Source of the DNA: the human T2T-CHM13v2.0 reference genome, Homo sapiens
Reading direction: 5' to 3' (one strand)
Length of the DNA: 64,000 nt
Assembly: GCF_009914755.1 (NCBI RefSeq)
Contig: NC_060939.1
In this document: positions 19,661-33,979 of the stretch, in pieces
Numbering within the stretch: position 1 is the stretch's first letter
Layout of the letters: every line of letters starts with the position of its first letter
Notes under the pieces: model-generated
What the model was told of the DNA's origin: nothing
Database searches by the model: none
What the model saw: the letters and a program-made list of their open reading frames with translations, nothing else
Made by a program: the position numbers and the translations under genes

Positions 19661-20850
19661 TAAATACGGAAATTAATTAATTCATTAATTCTTTTCCCTG
19701 CTGACGGACATTTGCAGGCAGGCATCGGTTGTCTTCGGGCATCACCTAGCGGCCACTGTTATTGAAAGTCGACGTGACACGGAGGGAGGTCTCGCCGACT
19801 TCACCGAGCCTGGGGCAACGGGTTTCTCTCTCTCCCTTCTGGAGGCCCCTCCCTCTCTCCCTCGTTGCCTAGGGAACCTCGCCTAGGGAACCTCCGCCCT
19901 GGCGGGGGCCCTATTGTTCTTTGATCGGCGCTTTACTTTTCTTTGTGTTTTGGCGCCTAGACTCTTCTACTTGGGCTTTGGGAAGGGTCAGTTTAATTTT
20001 CAAGTTGCCCCCCGGCTCCCCCCACTACCCACGTCCCTTCACCTTAATTTAGTGAGTCGGTTAGGTGGGTTTCCCCCAAACCGCCCCCCCCCCCCCCGCC
20101 TCCCAACACCCTGCTTGGAAACCTTCCAGAGCCACCCCGGTGTGCCTCCGTCTTCTCTCCCCTTCCCCCACCCCTTGCCGGCGATCTCATTCTTGCCAGG
20201 CTGACATTTGCATCGGTGGGCGTCAGGCCTCACTCGGGGGCCACCGTTTTTGAAGATGGGGGCGGCACGGTCCCACTTCCCCGGAGGCAGCTTGGGCCGA
20301 TGGCATAGCCCCTTGACCCGCGTGGGCAAGCGGGCGGGTCTGCAGTTGTGAGGCTTTTCCCCCCGCTGCTTCCCGCCTCAGGCCTCCCTCCCTAGGAAAG
20401 CTTCACCCTGGCTGGGTCTCGGTCACCTTTTATCACGATGTTTTAGTTTCTCCGCCCTCCGGCCAGCAGAGTTTCACAATGCGAAGGGCGCCACGGCTCT
20501 AGTCTGGGCCTTCTCAGTACTTGCCCAAAATAGAAACGCTTTCTGAAAACTAATAACTTTGCTCACTTAAGATTTCCAGGGACGGCGCCTTGGCCCGTGT
20601 TTGTTGGCTTGTTTTGTTTCGTTCTGTTTTGTTTTGTTCGTGTTTTTCCTTTCTCGTATGTCTTTCTTTTCAGGTGAAGTAGAAATCCCCAGTTTTCAGG
20701 AAGACGTCTATTTTCCCCAAGACACGTTAGCTGCCGTTTTTTCCTGTTGTGAACTAGCGCTTTTGTGACTCTCTCAACGTGCAGTGAGAGCCGGTTGATG
20801 TTTACTATCCTTCATCATGACATCTTATTTTCTAGAAATCCGTAGGCGAA

Positions 20851-20940
20851 TGCTGCTGCTGCTCTTGTTGCTGTTGTTGTTGTTGTTGTTGTCGTCGTTG
20901 CTGTTGTCGTTGTCGTTGTTGTTGTCGTTGTCGTTGTTTT
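20851..20940. repeat. (GCT)/(GTT)/(GTC) compound trinucleotide repeat
   Basis: Seen directly. Confidence 0.9.
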
Positions 20941-21014
20941 CAAAGTATACCCCGGCCACCGTTTATGGGATCAAAAGCATTATAAAATATGTGTGATTAT
21001 TTCTTGAGCACGCC

Positions 21015-21611
21015 CTTCCTCCCCCTCTCTCTGTCTCTCTGTCTGTCTCTGTCTCTCTCTTTCTCTGTCTGTCTTCTCTCTCTCTCTCTCTCTGTGTCTC
21101 TCTCTCTCTGCCTGTCTGTTTCTCTCTCTCTGCCTCTCTCTCTCTCTCTCTCTCTGCCTGTCTCTCTCACTGTGTCTGTCTTCTGTCTTACTCCCTTTCT
21201 CTGTCTGTCTGTCGGTCTCTCTCTCTCTCTCTCCCTGTCTGTATGTTTCTCTCTGTCTCTGTCTCTCTCTCTCTTTCTGTTTCTCTCTCTCCGTCTCTGT
21301 CTTTCTCTGACTGTCTCTCTCTTTCCTTCTCTCTGTCTCTCTCTGCCTGTCTCTCTCACTCTGTCTTCTGTCTTACTCTCTCTCTCTGCCTGCCTGTCTC
21401 TCTCACTCTCTCTCTCTGTGTGTCTCTCTCTCTCTTTCTGTTTCTCTCTGTCTCTCTGTCCGTCTCTGTCTTTCTCTGTCTGTCTCTTTGTCTGTCTGTC
21501 TTTGTCTTTCCTTCTCTCTGTCTCTGTCTCTCTCACTGTGTCTGTCTTCTGTCTTAGTCTCTCTCTCTCTCTCTCCCTGTCTGTCTGTCTCTCTCTCTCT
21601 CTCCCCCTGTC

Positions 21612-21656
<45 letters not shown>

Positions 21657-21929
21657 TTGTCTTTCTTTCTGTCTCTGTCTCTCTCTCTCTCTCTGTGTGT
21701 CTGTCTTCTGTCTTACTGTCTTTCTCTGCCTGTCTGTCTGTCTGTCTCTCTCTGTCTGTCTCTCTCTCTCTCTCCCCCCTGTCGGCTGTTTCTCTGTCTC
21801 TGTCTGTGTCTCTCTTTCTGTCTGTTTCTCTCTGTCTGTCTTTCTCTCTCTGTCTCTTTCTCTCTGTCTCTCTGTCTGTCTCTGTCTCTCTCTCTGTCTC
21901 TCTCTCTCTGTGGGGGGGTGTGTGTGTGT

Positions 21930-21966
<37 letters not shown>

Positions 21967-22217
21967 TGCCTTCTGTCTTACTCTCTTTCTCTGCCTGTCT
22001 GTCTGCCTGTCTGTTTGTCTCTCTCTCTCTGCCTGTCTCTCTCCCTTCCTGTCTGTTTCTCTCTCTTTCTGTTTCTCTCTGTCTCTGTCCATCTCTGTCT
22101 TTCTCCGTCTGTCTCTTTATCTGTCTCTCTCCGTCTGTCTCTTTATCTGTCTCTCTCTCTCTTTCTGTCTTTCTCTCTCTGTGTATCGTTGTCTCTCTCT
22201 GTCTGTCTCTGTCTCTG

Positions 22218-22250
<33 letters not shown>

Positions 22251-22312
22251 GTCTGTCTGTCCGTCTGTCTGTCTCGGTCTCTGGCTCTCGCTATCTCCCG
22301 CCCTCTCTTTTT
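21015..22312 (+). repeat. CT-rich block 3 with an embedded (GT)n at 21918-21965
   Basis: Same TCTGTCTTA landmark motifs as blocks 1 and 2. Confidence 0.95.
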
Positions 22313-23593
22313 TTGCAAAAGAAGCTCAAGTACATCTAATCTAATCCCTTACCAAGGCCTGAATTCTTCACTTCTGACATCCCAGATTTGATCTCCCTAC
22401 AGAATGCTGTACAGAACTGGCGAGTTGATTTCTGGACTTGGATACCTCATAGAAACTACATATGAATAAAGATCCAATCCTAAAATCTGGGGTGGCTTCT
22501 CCCTCGACTGTCTCGAAAAATCGTACCTCTGTTCCCCTAGGATGCCGGAAGAGTTTTCTCAATGTGCATCTGCCCGTGTCCTAAGTGATCTGTGACCGAG
22601 CCCTGTCCGTCCTGTCTCAAATATGTACGTGCAAACACTTCTCTCCATTTCCACAACTACCCACGGCCCCTTGTGGAACCACTGGCTCTTTGAAAAAAAT
22701 CCCAGAAGTGGTTTTGGCTTTTTGGCTAGGAGGCCTAAGCCTGCTGAGAACTTTCCTGCCCAGGATCCTGTGTGACCAAAAGTGCCTCTGCTGGGAGCTG
22801 GGATCCTCGGGACCATGCTTGCTAGCGCTGGATGAGTCTCTGGAAGGACGCACGGGACTCCGCAAAGCTGACCTGTCCCACCGAGGTCAAATGGATACCT
22901 CTGCATTGGCCCGAGGCCTCCGAAGTACATCACCGTCACCAACCGTCACCGTCAGCATCCTTGTGAGCCTGCCCAAGGCCCCGCCTCCGGGGAGACTCTT
23001 GGGAGCCCGGCCTTCGTCGGCTAAAGTCCAAAGGGATGGTGACTTCCACCCACAAGGTCCCCACTGAACGGCGAAGATGTGGAGCGTAGGTCAGAGAGGG
23101 GACCAGGAGGGGAGACGTCCCGACAGGCGACGAGTTCCCAAGGCTCTGGCCACCCCACCCACGCCCCACGCCCCACGTCCCGGGCACCCGCGGGACACCG
23201 CCGCTTTATCCCCTCCTCTGTCCACAGCCGGCCCCACCCCACCACGCAACCCACGCACACACGCTGGAGGTTCCAAAACCACACGGTGTGACTAGAGCCT
23301 GACGGAGCGAGAGCCCATTTCACGAGGTGGGAGGGGTGGGGGTGGGGTGGGTTGGGGGTTGTGGGGTCTGTGGCGAGCCCGATTCTCCCTCTTGGGTGGC
23401 TACAGGCTAGAAATGAATATCGCTTCTTGGGCGGAGGGGCTTCCTTAGGCCATCACCGCTTGCGGGACTACCTCTCAAACCCTCCCTTGAGGCCACAAAA
23501 TAGATTCCACCCCACCCATCGACGTTTCCCCCGGGTGCTGGATGTATCCTGTCAAGAGACCTGAGCCTGACACCGTCGAATTAAACACCTTGA

Positions 23594-23800
<207 letters not shown>

Positions 23801-23873
23801 CTCTTTCATTGGTTTTCACTGGAGATTCTAGATTCGAGCCACACCTCATTCCGTGCCACAGAGAGACTTCTTT

Positions 23874-26800
23874 TTTTTTTTTTTTTTAAGCGCAACGCAA
23901 CATGTCTGCCTTATTTGAGTGGCTTCCTATATCATTATAATTGTGTTATAGATGAAGAAACGGTATTAAACACTGTGCTAATGATAGTGAAAGTGAAGAC
24001 AAAAGAAAGGCTATCTATTTTGTGGTTAGAATAAAGTTGCTCAGTATTTAGAGCTACCTAAATACGTCAGCATTTACACTCTTCCTAGTAAAAGCTGGCC
24101 AATCTGAATAATCCTCCTTTAAACAAACACAATTTTTGATAGGGTTAAGATTTTTTTAAGAATGCGACTCCTGCAAAATAGCTGAACAGACGATACACAT
24201 TTAAAAAAATAACAACACAAGGATCAACCAGACTTGGGAAAAAATCGAAAACCACACAAGTCTTATGAAGAACTGAGTTCTTAAAATAGGACGGAGAACG
24301 TAGCTATCGGAAGAGAAGGCAGTATTGGCAAGTTGATTGTTACGTTGGTCAGCAGTAGCTGGCACTATCTTTTTGGCCATCTTTCGGGCAATGTAACTAC
24401 TACAGCAAAATGAGATATGATCCATGAAACAACATATTCGCAAATCAAAAAGTGTTTCAGTAATATAATGCTTCAGATTTAGAAGCAAATCAAATGATAG
24501 AACTCCACTGCTGTAATAAGTCACCCCAAAGATCACCGTATCTGACAAAATAACTACCACAGGGTTATGACTTCAGAATCATACTTTCTCTTGATATTTA
24601 CTTATGTATGTATTTATTTTTTTTAATTTATTTCTCTTGAGACGGCGTCTCGCTCTGTCGCCCAGGCTGGAGTGCGATGGTGTGATCTCGGCTCACTGCA
24701 ACCGCCACCTCCCTGGGTTCAAGCGATTCTCCTGCCTCAGCCTCCCGAGTAGCTGGGACTACAGGTGCCCGCCACCACGCCCAGCTAATCTTTATACTTT
24801 TAATAGAGACGGGGTTTCACCGTGTCGGCCCGGATGGTCTCGATCTCTTGACCTCGTGACCCGCCCGCCTCGGCCTCCCAAAGTGCTGGGATGACAGGCG
24901 TGAGCCACTGAGCCCGGCCTTCTCTTGACGTTTAAACTATGAAGTCAGTCCAGAGAAACGCAATAAATGTCAACGGTGAGGATGGTGTTGAGGCAGAAGT
25001 AGGACCACACTTTTTCCTATCTTATTCAGTTGATAACAATATGACCTAGGTAGTAATTTCCTATGTGCCTACTTATACACGAGTACAAAAGAGTAAAACA
25101 GAGAGACTGCTAAATTAAAGGGTACGTGAAGTTCTTCATAGTAACTCCGTAAACTGGAACACTGTCAAAAAGCAGCAGCTAGTGAATTGTTTCCATGTAT
25201 TTTTCTATTATCCAATAAGTGAACTATGCTATTCCTTTCCAGTCTCCCAAGCACTTCTTGTCCCCATCACCACTTCGGTGCTCGAAGAAAAAGTAACAAA
25301 TCAAGGAACACAACTAAAGAAACACACACACAAACCAAAGACAACTACAGCGTCTGCAAAAGTTTGCTAGAAGACTGAAACTGTTGAGTATAAGGATCTG
25401 GTATTCTACGATGATCATGAGTTCACTTCAGAGTTTGTTCAAGACATACGTTTCGTAAGGAAACATCTTAGTTAGAAGTTATTCAGCAGTAGGTACCATC
25501 CCTAAGTATTTTTCACCAAATTCGTGACAATAAAGAGCTATCTAACCAGAAAAATTAGCGAGTACCGGCACCATCCATAGGGCTTTGTCTTTACGCTTCA
25601 TTAGCACTTACCATGCCTTACAATGTCTAGGATTGACCCTGATAGCATTTCGAAAACAAGCTAATGCTTTGTCCAGTTCTTCAGTGAAGACAAGCTCACG
25701 CCCTAATGCGCTATAGGCATAAGCATCATTTGGATCCACTTCGAGAGTTCTCTGGAAGAATTGAATCGCAATATCGTGTTCCCGTTGCAGACCGAAACAG
25801 TTCCCTGCAGCACACCAGGCCTCTGGCTGGCGAATTTTTATCCATGTCTGTGAAGTCTTTGGACAGAACTGAAAGAGCAACCTCTTTCGGAGGATGCCAA
25901 AGTGTTGTAGAGTAGATCTCCATGCCTTCGACTCTGTAATTCTCAATCCTCCTAACCTCTGAGAATTGTCTTTCAGCTTGCGTGGACTCTGAAAGTTTAC
26001 AATAGGCCCTTCCGATTTGGCACAGTACCCAACCGGTATTGCAGTGGTGAGAAGCTAGATGGCTCAAGATGCTGATAGCTTCTTTGCCGTGGTAAGAACA
26101 CAAAGCTAAATAACCTTTCCCCCTTTCACGAAGAAGGCTCATCAAGCCTTCCGCTGCTGCTTTTTGTAGATTAAAAGCCTGAATCTGAGGCGCGATTGCG
26201 GCTATTTTCCCTTCTGAAATGACGGAAGAGTCCAATTTTGTCACTTCCAGGCTATCACTTATGTTCGGTGGAGTTATTGCTCCTTTATTAGTTTTACTTT
26301 TGGTTCTTCTGTTTGGGATTTTAGGTGGAAACTTCATTTTTAATTTTCTCCTATTCTCCTCGGTTGTGGAGCTGTCACTAGTCAAGAGTCGTGAATTTCT
26401 TCGAGGCGGTGCATTTGGGGGAGATGCCATAGTGGGGCTCAATACCTGAGGTGTTGCCCTTGTCGGCGGACCAGAACTTTGTGTTTTTGCAAGGACTGGA
26501 GTTACCTTTCGGCTCTTTCCCCTCTGCGAGAAGACAGACGGTGTTCCGGTTTGGCCGATTCTGGCAACAGGCTTTTTTGAAGGGGCTCCGGTGGATGGCA
26601 CGTCAATGACAGACGGTGTCTCATACCAGTGCAGTTTTGTCAATAGGGTCCGTCTCCGGGACTTGGGGTTTCTAATGGCAAAATGCCAACACTTGGGGTT
26701 AATGGACTAACAGCTGCTGGTCCTCCTAATAAACTTCGACCAGTTTTTGGTTTATGTTGAACCTGTTTAGATCATATGGAAGTTCCTGTTCCCAGTGGGA

Positions 26801-27668
26801 CAGTATCAGGTGAAAGGACAGCTGAATCGATAGAAGACACTGGGGAGTCTGTATTCAAGGAGTACTTTGAATTGGAAGATTCTAAATTCCATCCGTTTCA
26901 TTCGACGGTGTCCTGGGGTGTTTCCGTAAGAACGGTCTCGGGCTGTCTGTGACATAAACTAGGACGAGGTCCAAGTGTTGTGGCGCAACACTTGGACAGG
27001 CAGTTGCTAAAGCTCTCTAGAGAGGTGAATCAAAATGTTTGGTCAGGATCTGGCTTTTCCCCCCTATTTCACATCATGATTCAAAGGGACACCAGAGGAA
27101 AGGATTTCAACGAAGGCTCTTTTGGTCACATTCTGATCCTTTGGTAAGCCGATCTGTCTTGCAATATACATGTCCCGACGATGGAAGGGGAAAGCGAGCT
27201 GAATCACCAAACTCAGGAACGATAATATCATCGTGGCTTTTCTGCTTATGAAACACTCCACCCGATAAGATTTGATCCCCTTCTGCAAGCTTGCTGAGAT
27301 CAACACAACATTTCGCAAGCAGGCATTTGCATTGCGGGGTAGTACAACTGTGTCCTTTCAAGAGTCTATATGTTTTATAGGCCTTTCCTGAGCGGTAAGA
27401 ACAGGTCGCCAGTAAGAACAAGGCTTCTTCTGAGTGTACTTCTGCATAAAGGCGTTCTGCGGGGGAAACCGCATCTCGGTAGGCATAGTGGTTTAGTGCT
27501 TGCCATATAGCAGCCTGGACGGGTCCCTGCAGCACCGCCATCCTCGAGGCTCAGGCCCACTTTCTGCAGTGCCACAGGCACCCCCCCCCCCATAGCGGCT
27601 CCGGCCCGGCCAGCCCCGGCTCATTTAAAGGCACCAGCCGCCGTTACCGGGGGATGGGGGAGTCCGAG
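23874..27668 (-). pseudogene. CDC27P: CDC27 retrocopy: 5'UTR 27542-27668, spliced frameshifted CDS 27541-25612, intron-like 3' extension to poly(A) at 23871-23887
   Basis: ORF fragments MAVLQGPVQAAIWQALNHYAYRDA, LQKAAAEGLMSLLRE and RNAIRVNPRHCKAW match CDC27/APC3; several frameshifts; candidate TSD at 23858-23873 and 27669-27684. The coding part is very secure; the left boundary is inferred. Confidence 0.9.
24601..24919 (-). mobile_element. Full-length Alu (Y/Sc-like) with its own TSD
   Basis: TSD TTCTCTTGATATTTA (24586-24600) and TTCTCTTGACGTTTA (24920-24934). Confidence 0.93.
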
Positions 27669-28193
27669 ACAGAATGACTTCTTTATCCTGCTGACTCTGG
27701 AAAGCCCGGCGCCTTGTGATCCATTGCAAACCGAGAGTCACCTCGTGTTTAGAACACGGATCCACTCCCAAGTTCAGTGGGGGGATGTGAGGGGTGTGGC
27801 AGGTAGGACGAAGGACTCTCTTCCTTCTGATTCGGTCTGCACAGTGGGGCCTAGGGCTGGAGCTCTCTCCGTGCGGACCGCTGACTCCCTCTACCTTGGG
27901 TTCCCTCGGCCCCACCCTGGAACGCCGGGCCTTGGCAGATTCTGGCCCTTCCTGGCCCTTCAGTCGCTGTCAGAAACCCCATCTCATGCTCGGATGCCCC
28001 GAGTGACTGTGGCTCGCACCTCTCCGGAAACATTGGAAATCTCTCCTCTACGCGCGGCCACCTGAAACCACAGGAGCTCGGGACACACGTGCTTTCGGGA
28101 GAGAATGCTGAGAGTCTCTTGCCGACTCTCTCTTGACTTGAGTTCTTCGTGGGTGCGTGGTTAAGACGTAGTGAGACCAGATGTATTAACTCA

Positions 28194-28345
28194 GGCCGGG
28201 TGCTGGTGGCTCACGCCTGTAACCCCAACACTTTGGGAGGCCGAGGCCGTAGGATCCCTCGAGGAATCGCCTAACCCTGGGGAGGTTGAGGTTGCAGTGA
28301 GTGAGCCATAGTTGTGTCACTGTGCTCCAGTCTGGGCGAAAGACA
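28194..28345 (+). mobile_element. Alu with internal deletion, followed by (GGCA)n
   Basis: GGCCGGGTGCTGGTGGCTCACGCCTGTAACCCCAACACTTTGGGAGGCCGAGG. Confidence 0.85.
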
Positions 28346-28458
28346 GAATGAGGCCCTGCCACAGGCAGGCAGGCAGGCAGGCAGGCAGAAAGACAACAGC
28401 TGTATTATGTTCTTCTCAGGGTAGGAAGCAAAAATAACAGAATACAGCACTTAATTAA

Positions 28459-28760
<302 letters not shown>

Positions 28761-28803
28761 ACGTTTATTTATTTATTTTTTTAATTATTTTACTTTTTTT
28801 TAG

Positions 28804-29156
<353 letters not shown>

Positions 29157-29235
29157 TATTTATCTATTTATTAACTTTGAGTCCAGGTTATGAAACCAGT
29201 TAGTTTTTGTAATTTTTTTTTTTTTTTTTTTTTTT

Positions 29236-29340
29236 TGAGACGAGGTTTCACCGTGTTGCCAAGGCTTGGACCGAGGGATCCACCGGCCCTCGGCCTCCCA
29301 AAAGTGCGGGGATGACAGGCGCGAGCCTACCGCGCCCGGA
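29236..29340 (-). mobile_element. Alu left-arm monomer fragment
   Basis: CTCGGCCTCCCAAAAGTGCGGGGATGACAGGCGCGAGCC. Confidence 0.8.
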
Positions 29341-30144
29341 CCCCCCCTTTCCCCTTCCCCCGCTTGTCTTCCCGACAGACAGTTTCACGGCAGAGCGTTT
29401 GGCTGGCGTGCTTAAACTCATTCTAAATAGAAATTTGGGACGTCAGCTTCTGGCCTCACGGACTCTGAGCCGAGGAGTCCCCTGGTCTGTCTATCACAGG
29501 ACCGTACACGTAAGGAGGAGAAAAATCGTAACGTTCAAAGTCAGTCATTTTGTGATACAGAAATACACGGATTCACCCAAAACACAGAAAGCAGTCTTTT
29601 AGAAATGGCCTTAGCCCTGGTGTCCGTGCCAGTGATTCTTTTCGGTTTGGACCTTGACTGAGAGGATTCCCAGTCGGTCTCTCGTCTCTGGACGGAAGTT
29701 CCAGATGATCCGATGGGTGGGGGACTTAGGCTGCGTCCCCCCAGGAGCCCTGGTCGATTAGTTGTGGGGATCGCCTTGGAGGGCGCGGTGACCCACTGTG
29801 CTGTGGGAGCCTCCATCCTTCCCCCCACCCCCTCCCCAGGGGATCCCAATTCATTCCGGGCTGACACGCTCACTGGCAGGCGTCGGGCATCACCTAGCGG
29901 TCACTGTTACTCTGAAAACGGAGGCCTCACAGAGGAAGGGAGCACCAGGCCGCCTGCGCACAGCCTGGGGCAACTGTGTCTTCTCCACCGCCCCCGCCCC
30001 CACCTCCAAGTTCCTCCCTCCCTTGTTGCCTAGGAAATCGCCACTTTGACGACCGGGTCTGATTGACCTTTGATCAGGCAAAAACGAACAAACAGATAAA
30101 TAAATAAAATAACACAAAAGTAACTAACTAAATAAAATAAGTCA

Positions 30145-30293
30145 ATACAACCCATTACAATACAATAAGATACGATACGATAGGATGCGATAGGATACGA
30201 TAGGATACAATACAATACGATACGATACGATACAATACAATACAATACAATACAATACAATACAATACAATACAATACAATACAATACAATAC
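30145..30293. repeat. (TACAA)/(TACGA) pentanucleotide repeat
   Basis: Seen directly. Confidence 0.95.
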
Positions 30294-30576
<283 letters not shown>

Positions 30577-30665
30577 AAATAAATACATAAATAAATACAT
30601 ACATACATACATACATACATACATACATAAATTAAAATAAATAAATAAAATAAAATAAATAAATG

Positions 30666-31130
<465 letters not shown>

Positions 31131-31401
31131 TTAACTTCATTTTATGTTATTATCATGATTGATGTTTCGAGACGGAGTCTCGGAGGCCCGCCCTCCCTGG
31201 TTGCCCAGACAACCCCGGGAGACAGACCCTGGCTGGGCCCGATTGTTCTTCTCCTTGGTCAGGGGTTTCCTTGTCTTTCTTCGTGTCTTTAACCCGCGTG
31301 GACTCTTCCGCTCGGGTTTGACAGATGGCAGCTCCACTTTAGGCCTTGTTGTTGTTGGGGACTTTCCTGATTCTCCCCAGATGTAGTGAAAGCAGGTAGA
31401 T

Positions 31402-31433
31402 TTGCCTTGCCTGGACTTGCCTGGCCTTGCCTT
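31402..31433 (+). promoter_or_regulatory. p53-binding element (RGC, ribosomal gene cluster site)
   Basis: TTGCCTTGCCTGGACTTGCCTGGCCTTGCCTT; half-site GGACTTGCCT fits RRRCWWGYYY. Confidence 0.85.
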
Positions 31434-31523
31434 TTCTTTCTTTCTTTCTTTATTACTTTCTCTTTTTCTTCTTCTTCTTCTTCTTCTTCTTCTTCTTCTT
31501 CTTCTTCTTCTTCTTTTTTTTTT

Positions 31524-31807
31524 TGAGACAGAGTTTCACTCTTGTTGCCCAGGCTAGAGGGCAATGGTGCGATCTCGGCTCACCGCACCCTCCGCCTCCC
31601 AGGTTCAAGCGATTCTCCTGCCTCAGCCTCCTGATTAGCTGGGATTACAGGCATGGGCCACCGTGCCTGGCTGATGTTTGTACTTTTAGTAGAGACGGTG
31701 TTTTTCCATGTTGGTCAGGCTGGTCTCCCACTCCCAACCTCAGGTGGTCCGCCTGCCTTAGCCTCCCAAAGTGCTGGGATGACAGGCGTGAGCCACCGCG
31801 CCCAGCC
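31524..31807 (-). mobile_element. Alu (Sq/Sp-like) with (CTT)n tail
   Basis: Full reverse consensus. Confidence 0.92.
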
Positions 31808-31808
31808 T

Positions 31809-31811
<3 letters not shown>

Positions 31812-31859
<48 letters not shown>

Positions 31860-32506
31860 CGCTTGCTTGCTTGCTTTCGTGCTTTCTTGCTTTCCCGTTT
31901 TCTTGCTTTCTTTCTTTCTTTCGTTTCTTTCATGCTTGCTTTCTTGCTTGCTTGCTTGCTTTCGTGCTTTCTTGCTTTCCTGTTTTCTTTTTCTTTCTTT
32001 CTTTCTTTCTTTCTTTTGTTTCTTTCTTGCTTGCTTTCTTGCTTGCTTGCTTGCTTTCGTGCTTTCTTGCTTTCCTGTTTTCTTTCTTTCTTTCTTTCTT
32101 TTGTTTCTTTCTTGCTTGCTTTCTTGCTTGCTTGCTTTCGTGCTTTCTTGTTTTCTCGATTTCTTTCTTTCTTTTGTTTCTTTCCTGCTTGCTTTCTTGC
32201 TTGATTGCTTTCGTGCTTTCTTGCTTTCTTGTTTTCTTTCTTTCTTTTGTTTCTTTCTTTCTTGCTTCCTTGTTTTCTTGCTTTCTTGCTTGCTTGCTTT
32301 CGTGCTTTCTTGTTTTCTTGCTTTCTTTCTTTTGTTTCTTTCTTGCTTGCTTTCTTGCTTCCTTGTTTTCTTGCTTTCTTGCTTGCTTGCTTTCGTGCTT
32401 TCTTTCTTGCTTTCTTTTCTTTCTTTCTTTTCTTTTTCTTTCTTTCTTGCTTTCTTTTCTTTCATTCATTCATTCTTTCTTTCTTTCCTTTCTTTCTTTC
32501 TTTCTT

Positions 32507-32553
<47 letters not shown>

Positions 32554-32555
32554 GT
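31812..32555 (+). repeat. Compound (CT)n/(TTGC)n/(TTTC)n array
   Basis: Seen directly. Confidence 0.93.
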
Positions 32556-32566
32556 TTCGTCCTTTT

Positions 32567-32856
<290 letters not shown>

Positions 32857-33934
32857 TGTTGACTCATTTCGCTTTTTTATTTCTTTCGTTTCCACGCGTT
32901 TACTTATATGTATTAATGTAAACGTTTCTGTACGCTTATATGCAAACAACGACAACGTGTATCTCTGCGTTGAATACTCTTGCGTATGGTAAATACGTAT
33001 CGGTTGTATGGAAATAGACTTCTGTATGATAGATGTAGGTGTTTGTGTTATACAAATAAATACACATCGCTCTATAAAGAAGGGATCGTCGATAAAGACG
33101 TTTATTTTACGTATGAAAAGCGTCGTATTTATGTGTGTAAATGAACGAGCGTACGTAGTTATCTCTGTTTTCTTTCTTCCTCTCCTTCGTGTTTTTCTTC
33201 CTTCCTTTCTTCCTTTCTCTCCTTCTTTAGGTTTTTCTTCCTCTCTTCCTTTCCTTCTTTCTCTCTTTCTGTCCTTTTTTCCTTCGTGCTTTATTTCTCT
33301 TTCGTTCCCTGTGTTTCCTTCTTTTTTCTTTCCTCTCTGTTTCTTTTTCCCTTCTTTCCTTCGTTTCTTTCCTCATTCTTTCTCTCTTTTTCGTGTTTCT
33401 TTCCTTTCCGTCTGTCTTTTAAAAAATGGAGTGTTTCAGAAGTTTACTTTGTGTATCTACGTTTTCTAAATTGTCTCTCTTTTCTCCATTTTCTTCCTCC
33501 CTCCCTCCCTCCCTCCCTCCCTGCTCCCTTCCCTCCCTCCTTCCCTTTCGCCATCTGTCTCTTTTCCCCACTCCCCTCCCCCCGTCTGTCTCTGCGTGGA
33601 TTCCGGAAGAGCCTACGCATTCTGCCTCTCCGTGTGTCTGCAGCGACCCGCGACCGAGTCCTTGTGTGTTCTTTCTCCCTCCCTCCCTCCCTCCCTCCCT
33701 CCCTCCCTCCCTGCTTCCGAGAGGCATCTCCAAACACCCACGCGCCGTGGGTTGTCTTCTGACTCTGTCGCGGTCGAGGCAGAGACGCGTTTTGGGCACC
33801 GTTTGTGTGGGGTTGGGGCAGAGGGGCTGCGTTTTCGGCCTCGGGAAGAGCTTCTCGACTCACGGTTTCGCTTTCGCGGTCCACGGGCCGCCCTGCCAGC
33901 CGGATCTGTCTCGCTGACGTCCGCGGCGGTTGTC

Positions 33935-33953
33935 GGGCTCCATCTGGCGGCCG
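33935..33953 (-). promoter_or_regulatory. CTCF-like motif upstream of the spacer promoter
   Basis: Minus strand CGGCCGCCAGATGGAGCCC, ~0.9 kb upstream of +1, where CTCF binding to human rDNA is known. Confidence 0.7.
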
Positions 33954-33979
33954 CTTTGAGATCGTGCTCTCGGCTTCCG

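Noticed and set aside
24201-24560. 119-aa minus-strand ORF in AT-rich sequence
   Set aside because: No recognisable homology; lies in the intron-like part of the retrocopy
25726-26643. 305-aa CDC27-like ORF as a functional gene
   Set aside because: Internal fragment bounded by frameshifts, with many non-conservative substitutions
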